DNA of 64,000 bases from Octopus vulgaris (lineage: Eukaryota), in contig OX597822.1 in assembly GCA_951406725.2 (NCBI GenBank), forward strand, positions 90,892,001 through 90,956,000. Reading direction: 5' to 3'. Below the pieces are notes generated by a model. It did no database searches, was not told where the DNA came from, and worked only from the letters and a program-made list of their open reading frames with translations. Shown here piece by piece: positions 1 to 11,900 of this stretch. The position numbers were made by a program, and so were the translations under genes. The stretch's first letter is position 1; each line of letters starts with the position of its first letter.

Positions 1-214
1 CACCATCGAATGAGCTGTACACTTCAATGCTGCTGGAGAAAATAATGGATGCAATAAGGCAAATATGATGGAAAACCTTCTACCATAACCTATCCCTGGA
101 AAGCAACACCTACAAGATCAAATCTAAGAAGTTCCCACCCAAGGTCAAGGAACTTGAAACCTTCAAGGCAGGCCTATTGGGCATCATTCTCAGGCTGCTG
201 AGTCAAATGAAGTC

Positions 215-620
215 ATTGTTGTGGCTGATGACAGTACTGCTTGATTGGCACCTGTGCCGGTGTCATGTTAAAAGCACCATTCGAGCGTGGTCGATGCCAG
301 TGCTGCCTGACCGGTCCAGTGCTGGAGGCATGTAAAAAACACCATTTGAGCATGGTCATTGCCAGTGCCGCCTGACTGGCTTCCATGCTGGTGGCACATA
401 AAAAGTACCATTCAAGAGTGGTTGTTTCCAGTGCTGCCATCACTGGCCCTCATGCCTGTGGCACATAAAAAGCACCCACTACACTCTCTGAGTGGTTGGC
501 ATTAGGAAGGGCAGCCATCTGTAGAAACTTTGCCAGATCAGATTGGAGTCTGGTGCAGCCTTCTGGCTTGCCAACCCTCGGTCAAACTGTGCAACCCATG
601 GCCATTAAACAATGACAACG
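215..620 (+). mobile_element. SINE-like repeat with ~63-bp internal tandem units
   Basis: About four units of AAAAGCACCATTCGAGCGTGGTCG..GCCAGTG, then the gcacccactacactc...caacccatg tail shared with 32560-33075 and (reverse strand) 46432-46860. Confidence 0.65.
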
Positions 621-1055
621 ACTCTTCTGATTTGCCTTGCAGTTGCTTCGCATTGTTCTAGCCTTACCCACAATCTTTTATACAATATATTCTACACAAT
701 ACTTCATAGTAATTATTCCATTATATATATATATATATACACTCATGCTTAGACATATGCACATAAAAATATATTCACTTATTAGCATTTTCAGTATACA
801 GAGACATCCATTGACAGGCCAATGTTTGTGTCCAATCCCCACCCCCAGGCATTAAACATGTGTTGTTTACCATTCTTATCCATTTAGTATCTAAATCACC
901 CCTTTAATTTATTATCTGTTGACATCTGATTTCATCCCATACATTCTTAACCCTTGGTTGATTTATGATTACACACAACCATGGATTCACTCATCCACAA
1001 TCCAGATTCATACATAATATATATGCATGTACACACACACACACTCACATACATA

Positions 1056-1352
1056 TAGGCATAGCTGTGCAGTAAGAAGTTTGCCTCCCAACTATTTGAC
1101 TTCATGTTCAGTCCCACTGTTTGGCACCTTGGACAGGTGTTTTCTACTATAGCCTCGGGCTGACTAAAATCTTATGAATGGATTTGGTAGACGAAAACTG
1201 AAAGAAATCCATCATAAATGTGTGTGCGTGTCTTTCTGCCTGTTTTTTTTTAAAAAAAGAAGTACTGAGGTCAATTCATTTAATTAATATTCTTCAAGGC
1301 AGTATCCCATCATTGCCACATTCTAATAACTGAAACAAGTAAAAAAAAAAAA
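1056..1352 (+). mobile_element. tRNA-derived SINE, diverged copy
   Basis: Degenerate match to the ggcgcaggagtggctgtgtggtaag...gttcagtcccactg...actgaaacaagtaaaa family. Confidence 0.7.
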
Positions 1353-1399
1353 AATTATATATATAAGAGTATTGTAGTTTGCTTGAATCATTCCCCTTT

Positions 1400-1586
1400 C
1401 CTACACATTCACACACATCCACACACACACATGTCCACCCTCACAAATCCCCTCAAAACCAAGCCCATGTGTCTACACATATGGACATACACACACATAT
1501 ACATCTGTATGTACATCCAGCCATGTGCACACATACTCACACATATATACCTACACACACATACATACAGAAATTTTACATATATA

Positions 1587-1635
<49 letters not shown>

Positions 1636-1995
1636 ACATCCATGTGGACACATACATGTACACATATCCGCATGCACACGCATACACACAGATGCATGCA
1701 TGCATTCATAAATACGAAAACATATATTCACATACAACACAAAATGCATTCACATATGCACACATCTACAGAGGTGCTCTCAAGTCCACATCCATGTAAA
1801 TACATACACAAACATTTGGAGATGTATACACTCATGTCCCCACATATAGAAACACATGCATGATCATATATGCTTATATACACAAGCACATACACAGATC
1901 TATACATATATCGATATATATTTATTGATGTATATATAGATATACATACATTGATGCATGCATATATCTATACACACACACATACATATATGCAT
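1400..1995. repeat. Low-complexity (CA/TA)n microsatellite region
   Basis: Cryptic ACAT/CA repeats with a pure (TA)n run; explains the H/T/Y/I-rich spurious ORFs. Confidence 0.9.
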
Positions 1996-2223
1996 AATGG
2001 GCAAAAGTGGAACAAAATTTGTGTTTACATGAAAGGATTACACCAGAGAATCTATTAAAGCAACGAGGAGTTATGGTAGCAAAGGACTGCAATATCCAAT
2101 GTATCCTTCCTTTTTAAGGTTGTAGGAGTTGATTTGAGGAAAATTTCACTGTTATTTCTAAAAGGACAAGTGCTGGTATTTGTACTTTGCCATTGGCTTA
2201 TCTTCAAATTGTTATAATTGCAG

Positions 2224-2400
2224 ATTGATCACTTAGAGAAAATGAGAGACCGAGAGAACATCTTACAAGACAAACTTCAGCTTGCTGAGAATAAACGGAC
2301 ATCTGAATCACAGGTAAAATCTGAAAACGAACAGCTAAACCGACAACTCTTGAATCTTGAAATGAAAATCAGCCAACAAGAAGAAATGCATGAAACTGAG
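2224..2400 (+). CDS. GOLGA4: GOLGA4-like exon (IDHLEKMRDRENILQ...EEMHETE)
   Basis: ttgcag acceptor, GAG/gtaata donor, 177 nt, phase 0-0, coiled-coil composition. Confidence 0.88.
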
Positions 2401-2949
2401 GTAATAACTATTTTATGTAGAATTATTAACCACAATATAATCTTTCATAAATTGATACTTCATGCCAGTTTAGCAGGATAGAAGAACAGTTGTAAATTTA
2501 TGGGTTTTGATGAGCTTTGTATGGGAACCTTTGATCATCTTGGGAATTTTGTGCATCACAAAATACCCCATCCCCACATCTTTTAGCATGATGTCCAGGA
2601 GGAAAGTTTGCTTGTAAGCATATTTGTGATTAAAAACACATCAAAACAGGAGTAAACAAAGTCAATGTATTAAACTATGAAAAAAATGGTAAAGAAGGGT
2701 CTATGTTGACAGAAGCTTGCTTTGTAACCATATGGTTCTGGTTTCAGTTCCACTGCATGGCACCTTGGGCAAGTGTCTTCTACTATAGCCTCAGGCTAAC
2801 CAAAGCTTTGTGAGTAAATGGAAACTGAAAGAAGACTATCGTGTGTATATATATATATATATATACCGGAGTAAACACATAAATGTGAAACAAGGTGGAA
2901 AAAAAGAGTACTCAAATACCAGGGGTAGAGTAATCTGCTTTTAAATAAA

Positions 2950-2999
<50 letters not shown>

Positions 3000-5900
3000 G
3001 ATAGTCTTCTTTCAGTTTTATTTATTTATTTATTTGTGTGTATGTCTGTGTTTGTCCCTCACTACCACTTGCCAACCAGTTATGATATGTTTACATCATG
3101 TAACTTAGTGGTTTGGCAAAAGAGAACTGATAGAATAAGTACCAAACTTTAATAAATGAAACTCATTCAGCTAAAGATGCTTCAAGATGCTGCCCTAGCA
3201 TGACCACAGTTTAAAAACTGAAACAAGTTAAAGATAAAAGTATATATATTTCGAGCAAGAAGCACTTTATCAAGACAGAAAAAATATAAGTTAGAGAAAA
3301 TTTTTTACATGTGTTATTGAACAAGAATGACTGTCAGTAGAATGGGAGAGGGCTTGAGTGTATAGTTTCTGGCAGAAGAGAATGTAATTGATTGTGAGTG
3401 ACTGTTGATGATGCACAAAAAGAAAAGGGGATGTTATATGTAGTATAGGTAGAAGAAAGTGAGACAATATATCATCATCGTCATTGTTCGACCGTGGTCA
3501 AGACAATGGAATTTACCATGCTACGCCAGACTTCACGGTCCATCATAGCATTACGGAGATCCTGTTGCTGGATGCCTGTATCCCTGGAGATTACATCAGG
3601 GTAGGAGAGTGTGCGCCCTCTGGTATTGCGAGTAGATGGCTTCCAGAGGAGAAGAGTAGAAATTGCCTCGTTTTCAGCTCTACAACAATGTCCAGCAAAC
3701 TGGACTCTCCTACCCTTCACAAGAGATGACACAGGTGGTAGTTTCCCATATATTTACATTTTGGTTGGATGACGCTTCCATGAGAGATTTTGAACTCTTA
3801 TAAGGAGGCGAGTGTAAATTCCATCAAACCACCTCTCAAGCTTCTTTGATAACGTCCAAGTTTCTGAGCCATATAGTAGAATTGGTTCGACTGTGGCTTT
3901 GAAGATTTCAAGTTTGAAGTCTCTACTTATATATAATTGAAAGTAAAATAAGCTTGTGTATACACAGCAACATATATGTGTGAATAGGTATATATAGAAG
4001 ATTTAGATGGTGTAAATGGAGTGGATGTGAGAGGAAAGCTAAGCAGTTTTGATTCGAGCAAGAGCAGCCATTCTCAATAAGAAAATCATTTTTTTGTTCT
4101 CTGGGGAGCAAGCTAGAAAGAAACTTATGTTGCGAAAGACCACCAATGGTAAGATGTAAGTGGAAATGGTCTGGAGAGATGAAGTGGCATGCAGTATGTT
4201 TTTGAGATTAGATTCCTTAGATTTTGGGTTACTTATTTCTTATAATTTATTCTCACCTATCTTGTCCACTCTTATGATTGATGTAGTATATATGGATTTG
4301 TAAAATTTTAGGTTTATTTTGGGGAATAAATGAAAGAAAGGAAGTTCTATGGAGAACTAAGAAATGACCCATATTTGCGTAGCAATTCTTGGGAAAGAGG
4401 CATGGATGATTAAAAAAGTTCAACTCAGCACTGCAAGTTACTGGAACTGTTGTTTCTGCTGTTAAACATGATGAGCTGTGTCTACTTATACATAAGTTAA
4501 ATTGGGCTATCAATATCTTGAGTGTCTTGACTATGTAGGAAGGAATCTATTGATCCTCCTGTTAACAACTGGACCAACCAACAAACCATTCACTTTGTCA
4601 GCTGCTACTCTCTATTTTAGAAGTTTACAAAACTGTAACTCTGCAAGATATATAAAAGAGTTTCTTCGTTAAATATTTCCTCAGATAAAGTCACTTAAGC
4701 TAGAGAAAGAGAACTTGAGTCAACAGTTGCAAAAACTAAAATCATCTTCTGAAGAAAGCAAGTTAAACTCTGAGAAAAAACATACAGAAGAAGTTGAATT
4801 CTTAAAGAAACAGCATGAGCTTGAGAAGCAGGAAGTGGAAAATATACACAATGCTAAGATCAAAGCATTAGTTAAAGATATTCATCAACAGTTGGCAGAG
4901 AAAGACAAAGGCTATGAAGAGTCTTTTAATGAAGCACTGGGTAAGTTTTTTAGGATTAAACATTCTTTCAAAATGTTTCTCTCTTTGAAGTTATATATTT
5001 TAAAAATATGTAGTTTAACCCTTTCGTTACTGTATTTATTTTGAGATGTTCTGTGTTTCTTTCAATTATTTTAGATATAACACAGAATTTTGTAAAATAA
5101 CTTAGTTATCAAAAAGTTAGTGTTAGGAACAGTGACTAAGGTTTGGTGGAAGATTTTAATTAAAAAAACTTATGAAAACAAGACATTTGTACTACAGAGC
5201 CAGAGCCGGTTTCAGCCGGGTTGGTAACGAAAGGGTTAAGGTAAATAAAATGCTTAATGTTTTACTTTTTTTATCGATTTTAACATTTTTGGGGTTTTTT
5301 TTTAATAATATGAAAATTATTAAAACTGGCTAGTTTTATCATTAAAGATAACATGTAGGTTTTAAGGCCATGCTACCAGTCTGTCTTCTACAATGTGTTT
5401 GTGGAAACATATATAAAGCATTTGCCTTTTAGAAATTTTGACAAGACTAGCATTTTTTGTAGTTTTCATTTATTCTTCATTAACCTTCTGTTTTCAACCG
5501 TTCAGCATTTAAACCAGCCATTTGACCCAAACTTTTCTACCTGTTATGTGTTTAAACTGGCTAGATCTGGCTACTACTCACCCCTACCTAACAATGTCAT
5601 TGTAAAAATAAGCAATCATATCATTGGAATCTCAAAGAGAATTTATGATTAATTGAAATCAATGTGAATAAATAAGCATTGCATTTGACAGGGTAATCTG
5701 AATGCTAAAAGAAATGTAGTTACTGTGAAGAATGGAAAAGTTTCAATATTTCTGGTTGAAGCCCCTTATCAAGGAAAAGAAAGAAATAGTTCTGTGAGCT
5801 GTTAGACAAGAGTCCTGTTAAAAATGGAGTAAGGAAGTGGGTAGATAGGGATGTGGGTTCTGAATAGAGGAGAGTAGAAGTAAATGGTGGGAAGAACATT

Positions 5901-8900
5901 GGGCATACACAAAGAGAAGGGTAAGCAGTGGTAGAGTTGATGTGTGTGTATTTATGTGAGTACTTTGATATGTATCAGCAGAATCAAGTAGCACAGGTGT
6001 AGGTATGTTTATAAGTATATTTATATGTGTTGGAAGGAAATTAGAAGAACTATAAATAATTGTTGATGCCGTGGAATGTTGGCATGTCTAGTTTGAAAAT
6101 CTATGCTCCTAAAGTTGCCTGCTAATAGGAAGACATGGTATTGGAGTAATCTGAATATAGAGTAGGAACTGTCTAGAAAGTTGAAATTGTAACCCATAAG
6201 TTTAGGCAGACAGGTATTGTAACAAATGTGAAACAGGTACTCTCAGAAGTGATCTGCCAAGTATCAGCTAAGTTTCAAATATGTGCAGTGCTTTAGTAAG
6301 TTGACATTTGATGTTGAGTACACTGTTGGATTTAGACATGAAACGGCTGGAAACTTTGATGGTAGACTTAGAATCACATAAAGGTGTGATGGTGGTGATG
6401 AAAGGACTTGTGTACATATATGTAATCAGTTGTTTTTTTTAATTCCCAAGAGCAGTCAGCTATTCTAGTTAGAGTGTGACTTAAGGCAAAAGAATTGCTG
6501 ACTTCCATGCTATATATGCTATAATCTATGTCAAACCATCCAACGACTTTACACTAATTCATTTCTAACCTCATTTCTTCAATTGCTCTTTCCCTCTTGG
6601 CTCATCTCAACTCCTTTTTACTATAAACATTAAATTCCTCTATATCATCATCCTAACCTTCAGATTCTTTCTTGACATGTGCACCACACTCAACTTTAAT
6701 ATTCCTACATTTCTGTATCTTACCAAACTCATCATTACTTTCAGTTGCTTCCCTTCCTTGACTGGGTTCTACCAGCATATCACTACATTGGCTGATTGCA
6801 CTAGTGGGAGTACTAATTATGCCAACATGTTTGTTGGTTATCTTGAGGTCCAGATTTTCATTTTGTTTACTGGTCCCACCACAGATCATTAGATAAGATC
6901 ATTATATTGATGACCATAATGTTGAGAGGCGGTTGGATGGAACCTACACTCGCCTCCTTATGAGAGCTCAAAATCTCTCATGGAAGCGTCATCCAACCAA
7001 AATGCAAATATATGGGAAACTACCACCTGTGTCATCTCTTGTGAAAGGTAGGAGAGTCCAGTTTGCTGGACATAGTTGTAGAGCTGAAAATGAGGCAATC
7101 TACTCGCAATACCAGAGGGTGCACACTCTCCTACCCTGATGTAATCTCCAGGGATATAGGCATCCAGCAACGGGACCTCCGTAATGCTATGATGGACCGT
7201 GAAGTCTGGCGTAGCATGGTAAATTCCATTGTCTTGACCACGGTCGAACAATGATGATGATGATGTCTCTTTTATGCAGGAGCAGCTTACTTCTTTCAAT
7301 TCTTTTTCACTCCACTTTGGATTTCACTTCCAACATTAACTTCTTAGACATTCTCATTTCCATTGACAACTTATCACCTCCTCACTCCTGTCTTTTATAA
7401 ACCTGACATCTCTAACCCCTACCTTTGTTTCTTCCCTTCCTCCCCAACACATACTAAATTTACTATCCCTTTCTTCCACTGCCTCCATCTTTGTCACTTC
7501 TGCAGTAATGAAGATGGAGGCTTTCTGAGGCTAAATCACACCAAATATTCTACTTCTTTCACACTGCAATTCCTTCTCATGCTTACTTTGTTTGTGTTTG
7601 TCTCCAAGCTTGAGCCATTGACCACATCTCTTTAATCCTATCCTACTTTGTTCCTTTGCCCCTCACTTTCTCTCACTATCCAACCACCCCATTGTACTAC
7701 TCTTCATAATTTTTGCTTTCTACAATCTGATCCAGCTGTTACTCCCATCTTTCCTGAGTTTCACTTCCATCTTCCAGACATAATTATAGCATGTAACCTC
7801 TTGAACATAGTTCCTTAACTTCTGGTCACAGTCAGTCTGGAATATCTGCCTACTTTTAGGAGAGATGTAAGATCTGTTCTTTATTTACCAACATCACAAC
7901 TTTATATGGTTCCAACTCCACCTTTCAGGCTCCCCATCTCTTTATACCTGCTTTTCAAAATGTATTACACTACATTCAATGTCAACTTTGTAATGCATCA
8001 TACATAGTTAAAATTGGCAGATCACTTCTAAGAGCACCTGCTCAATGTTCATTGCAACAACACTTGTCATCCGAAACCCATGGATTGCAATTTCAATTTC
8101 CTAGGCTATTTCCATCATAACTTTCATATTACTACAACAGTACATCTCTCTGCTAGTAACCAAGTTTAGGAAAAAAGGTTTATTTTCAAACTCTTCCCAC
8201 AATATCAGCAACTGTTTATATTTCTTCTAATTCTCCACTCAACGCACATAGATGTACCCAGATTAGTTGACCCTCCTGCACATACATACCAGTATGTCTT
8301 GTGCACAGTGACTGCTGCTGCTGTTGCTTACCCTGCTTTTGCATACATCTACCATTCATCTCTGATCTCCTTTCTCAGGGTTCCTCTGATCTCCTTTCTC
8401 AGGGTTCCTTTATAAAAGCACACAGAATTTCTCTTACTTCTATTCTTTCATAAAAATGCTGATCCTTAAACATCAGTATTTTTTCTTTTTACCACAGCAT
8501 AATGATTTTTAATAACCATCTCCCATTTCTTTTGAATTACTTGTTCACACACCTACATCAGATTCCCCTGATTAAAAAAACAGAATTTTTTTTTAAAGTT
8601 CTGAAAGAACTGCAATAATTGTCTGAGTGACATTTACACAAATGGATACCACTCCAAAAATAAGGGACACTCTAAAAGCTTCAATAACAAATGTTTAATC
8701 TAAAATTCAAATTAGTCACCAAGCCTGTATTTAGATTGATCAAATCTTTAGGCATTGTGTTTTGTATTTTTGAGGGTTACTTTTCCTATTAAGCTTCTCT
8801 GTTATCGAAGAGCTGTATTCAGTCTTTTTTTTTAGCTGTTTTCTGCATTCTTAGAAACCAAAATGTAGGCTCCTTTGAACTTCACAGTAAAGGCTTATTT

Positions 8901-11900
8901 CATCAACAGTAAATTCTTCTGCTTTAGATCTATTTTCTATGCAGACATCACTGACATTTTTGGCAAATTTGGACATTTGAGATTGCTGGAGCTAACATTT
9001 TTAATTGTTCTTTTAATTGTTATCTATTCAATAACAATGTAGAGAGAGTGATACTTATAGTTAGTTAAAAACCCTGAGATAAGTGTCATAATGTGAGTTG
9101 TCTAGTTGTTTAGATCATATCATACTATGATTCAGGCCAAGTTCCTGTCCATGTAGTTAATAGTCTAGTACCTGAACTGCTATTTTGATATATTTTCTGT
9201 TTCACTCTTTTTTTTAATGACTTTACAAAGAAAGTGAAATTTCACTAACACAGAATACCATATCTGCTAACTTGTTTTTAAATGTTATATTTTGATAGAA
9301 CGTTGCCAACAAGAAGAAACCAATATGATGCGGCAACACCGCAGGGAAATTGATGAAATGACTAAAGAACTAAACTTAAGCCAGAAGGCTTATGAGGATT
9401 TAGAAGAAAAATATCACACTGAACTTCAAGTAAGTTTTACTCAGTAACATCTGAAGCTGAAATATGATATATGATATATATTAGTTAATATTTCCTTTAG
9501 CTAATGACAAGGATTGGCACTCAGCAGAATATCGGACAGAATGTCTTGTAGTATTTAAATACATTTCTTTGAATTTAAATTTAAAATCCCAGTATGATAC
9601 TAGAAAATTGGATTAGATGTTTTACAGTATGTAACTATGGAGGGATTTAGTCAATTTTATTGTCATTATAAGTATGCAAAATCTTAAGAGCGCCATGTCA
9701 AGAGAAAATTACCTGCAAAACTTTGGCTTGCATAATTCCATTATTTGTTTTATCAAATCCTGGAAGTGTGAAAGGTAAAAGTCAAAATCATGAGGAACAT
9801 AGTTACATACTGTAAAACATCTAATCCCACTTATGAGTATCTCACCAAAAACAATATAGTATTGCTTCCGCACCCACCCTATTTGCCAGTTTTAGCTCCT
9901 GCAGACTTCCATTCTCTTCCCCAAGAGGAAAATGCAGTTCAAAGGTCACTGTTTTAAAACTGTTGTCAAGATCCAGAGCAAATCGCAGAGAGTCCTCAAC
10001 TCACTTACAGAAAACAAGTTCCAAGCCAGATTCCAAAAGTGGCAGGAATGATGTGACCGGTGTATTGCTGTGCAAGGTGACTATTTCGAAGGAGATGATG
10101 TTAAAACTTAGATAAATAAGCTTTTTGTTTTTTTATTAAACATAACTAATCTGGGAACTTTTTGATACCACCTCATAAATTATTCCTTTCAGAAAATACA
10201 GGAAGAAATGGAACACAAATCTCACCAGCTCCAAAATCAAATTGATCATGAAGGACAAATCCACCAGGAAAAATTAGTTGAACTTCAAGGAAAACTTGAG
10301 GCAAAGTTTAACCAGCAGACGGAAAGTCTACAAAAGCAACATAACCAAGAAGTATCAGCTCTTAGCAGTGAGTGGAACCATGAGAGAAAGGTATTCTGCT
10401 TGCTTTATCTTAATTTCAAAACTGTTTCTATAAGCTATATTTTAGATTCCACTGAATGTTTATACTTTATATTTGAGTTCATTCTATTTCTTATCTCATT
10501 AATTATGCTACATTGTAGAAGAAATACTCAGAAAACCAAATTCATGATTCAGTTTTAATTTCTAGTTGTAGCAATTTCACAAACATTATTAACTCCCTGG
10601 CTAGATAAAAAGCAATGGTGAATTGACGGAATAAAAAGGAAATGGTTGTGTCACAGAAAAGGCTGATCTGAAAGTGTAATGGGTGTCTGCGCCAGTAGCC
10701 ATTAAAGGAAATGTAATGTGCATAAATACAATAAAAAAGCTTGATGCCTAGAGAAAGAAATTATGTGTGAATACCACAGGAATAGGATATACACATGTAA
10801 CACAATGTACCAGAGAACTAAGCATGCAACTAAACAACGCAAAGAAGAGTTCAGTTGACTGATTTAAATATAAAATGTTTTGGATATCTTTCAAGGCTAA
10901 TGTACAGAGTGTCCAGAGCACATAATGTAAGATTTGTTGGCAATGGTGGTTGTGAAACATAAGGTGGTGGTGTAGGAGGTGTCTGCAAAGGTAGTGTGAA
11001 TTTGTAAATATAAGTTTTTCTCAAAAATGCTAAGAGTAAAACATGTTTTATATGACACATTCTACCAGTGTCCGAAGTTTGAAAGTGTTTAGTTACAAAA
11101 ATTTATTTTTTAAATCTGTAGGTCAAAAGGTAAAGATCCCATATTTTCTTGGTTTTTCACATTTTAACAATTACCTCATCCTTTTATTGGGACTTATTTC
11201 TATTTCTTGAAACATTTAAACAATATCTGCCAGGTGGTGCTATTAAGTTAGACATGGCCTGGGCCAAAACCTTTCTAAGTTATTCTAAGTTACATCCAGT
11301 ATGTATGTATTTTTCACCCATTATTAGTACATTGCTTCTTGCTTCTGTTGTTCACTGTATTGTATAGCCATTACATTTGTCTTTTTATGAGTTTATTGCT
11401 ACATTGTTCATCTTTATTTTAGATTATTTTTTTTTTCTATTTCTGTCTTTTTGCTTCTGCTGCTATGTTTATTCTACACCCATTTAACAGTTTTTGTAAT
11501 TACCCTAGCTTCACCACCTTTACTACAATCTGTGTTTCATATCCAGCTGCTTGGTATTTTTTTTTTATATATATGTAATCAATGTTCATACTATTTTCTA
11601 CTTTTTACTAGGAATTGGTTGTTCAAAATCAATGCACCTTAGAAGCAGTTCAAAGTGGTACTCCAAATGGGGAGGTCCTACGACGCCAAGTCATTGACTT
11701 AACGCATCAGTTAGAAATGGAAAAAGAAAAGCACAAGTGCGTATTATTCAAAGTACATATGCTGGCCATGTGATATTCATATTCCTTGTTAGTTTTATTT
11801 CACACAACAATTGTTTGGAGATTAGCTTTCAACCAAGTCAATAGAATGTTAGTTTTCTCAGTTGACAGGTTAACAATTCAGATTACAATACATGATTTTG

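Noticed and set aside
260-480. CRISPR-like spaced repeats (also 32610-32950)
   Set aside because: The intervening segments are homologous to each other, so these are tandem units inside a eukaryotic SINE; no cas genes are present.
1379-2058. Overlapping His/Thr/Tyr/Ile-rich ORFs
   Set aside because: Translation of CA/TA microsatellite.
8360-8410. 26-bp direct duplication ctctgatctcctttctcagggttcct
   Set aside because: Simple local tandem duplication with no further structure.
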